DNA of 64,000 bases from Octopus sinensis (taxonomy: Eukaryota), in the NCBI RefSeq assembly GCF_006345805.1, contig NC_042999.1, forward strand, positions 142,104,001 through 142,168,000, written 5' to 3'. The notes beneath the pieces were generated by a model. It saw nothing but the letters and a program-made list of their open reading frames with translations, did not search any database and was not told the DNA's origin. Positions 63,937-64,000 of this stretch are shown here, in pieces. The position numbers were made by a program, and so were the translations under genes. Position 1 is the first letter of the stretch; every line of letters starts with the position of its first letter.

Positions 63937-64000
63937 CTAAGATGTAATAACTATCAAAGGTTAATTACCCATATTAAATGAAATATGCATATTGATATAT

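Overview
Eukaryotic, AT-rich, microsatellite-saturated DNA with no protein-coding host gene I can support. The SINE, RTE, Penelope-like (PLE) and Helitron repertoire looks like a coleoid cephalopod (Octopus-type) genome; this is inference from repeat motifs, not a database result. Contents: one decayed near-full-length RTE LINE with a PHD-type zinc finger inside its RT region; further RTE fragments; three PLE coding remnants; three tRNA-derived SINE families (one with a Nin/Deu-like domain); Tc1/mariner ends; a piggyBac transposase fragment; and many non-autonomous Helitrons. The most interesting signals are (i) about ten minimal hammerhead-ribozyme (HHR) motifs in at least four families, including four copies with an unusual CUGUNGA core, (ii) a recurring fold-back (long inverted repeat) architecture next to (TA)n tracts, (iii) a Helitron-bounded unit carrying a piggyBac transposase fragment, and (iv) composite and tandem Helitrons whose junctions lack exactly the 5' TC. 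Most ORFs in the supplied track are microsatellite artefacts. Coordinates were counted by hand; soft repeat boundaries may be off by several bases.
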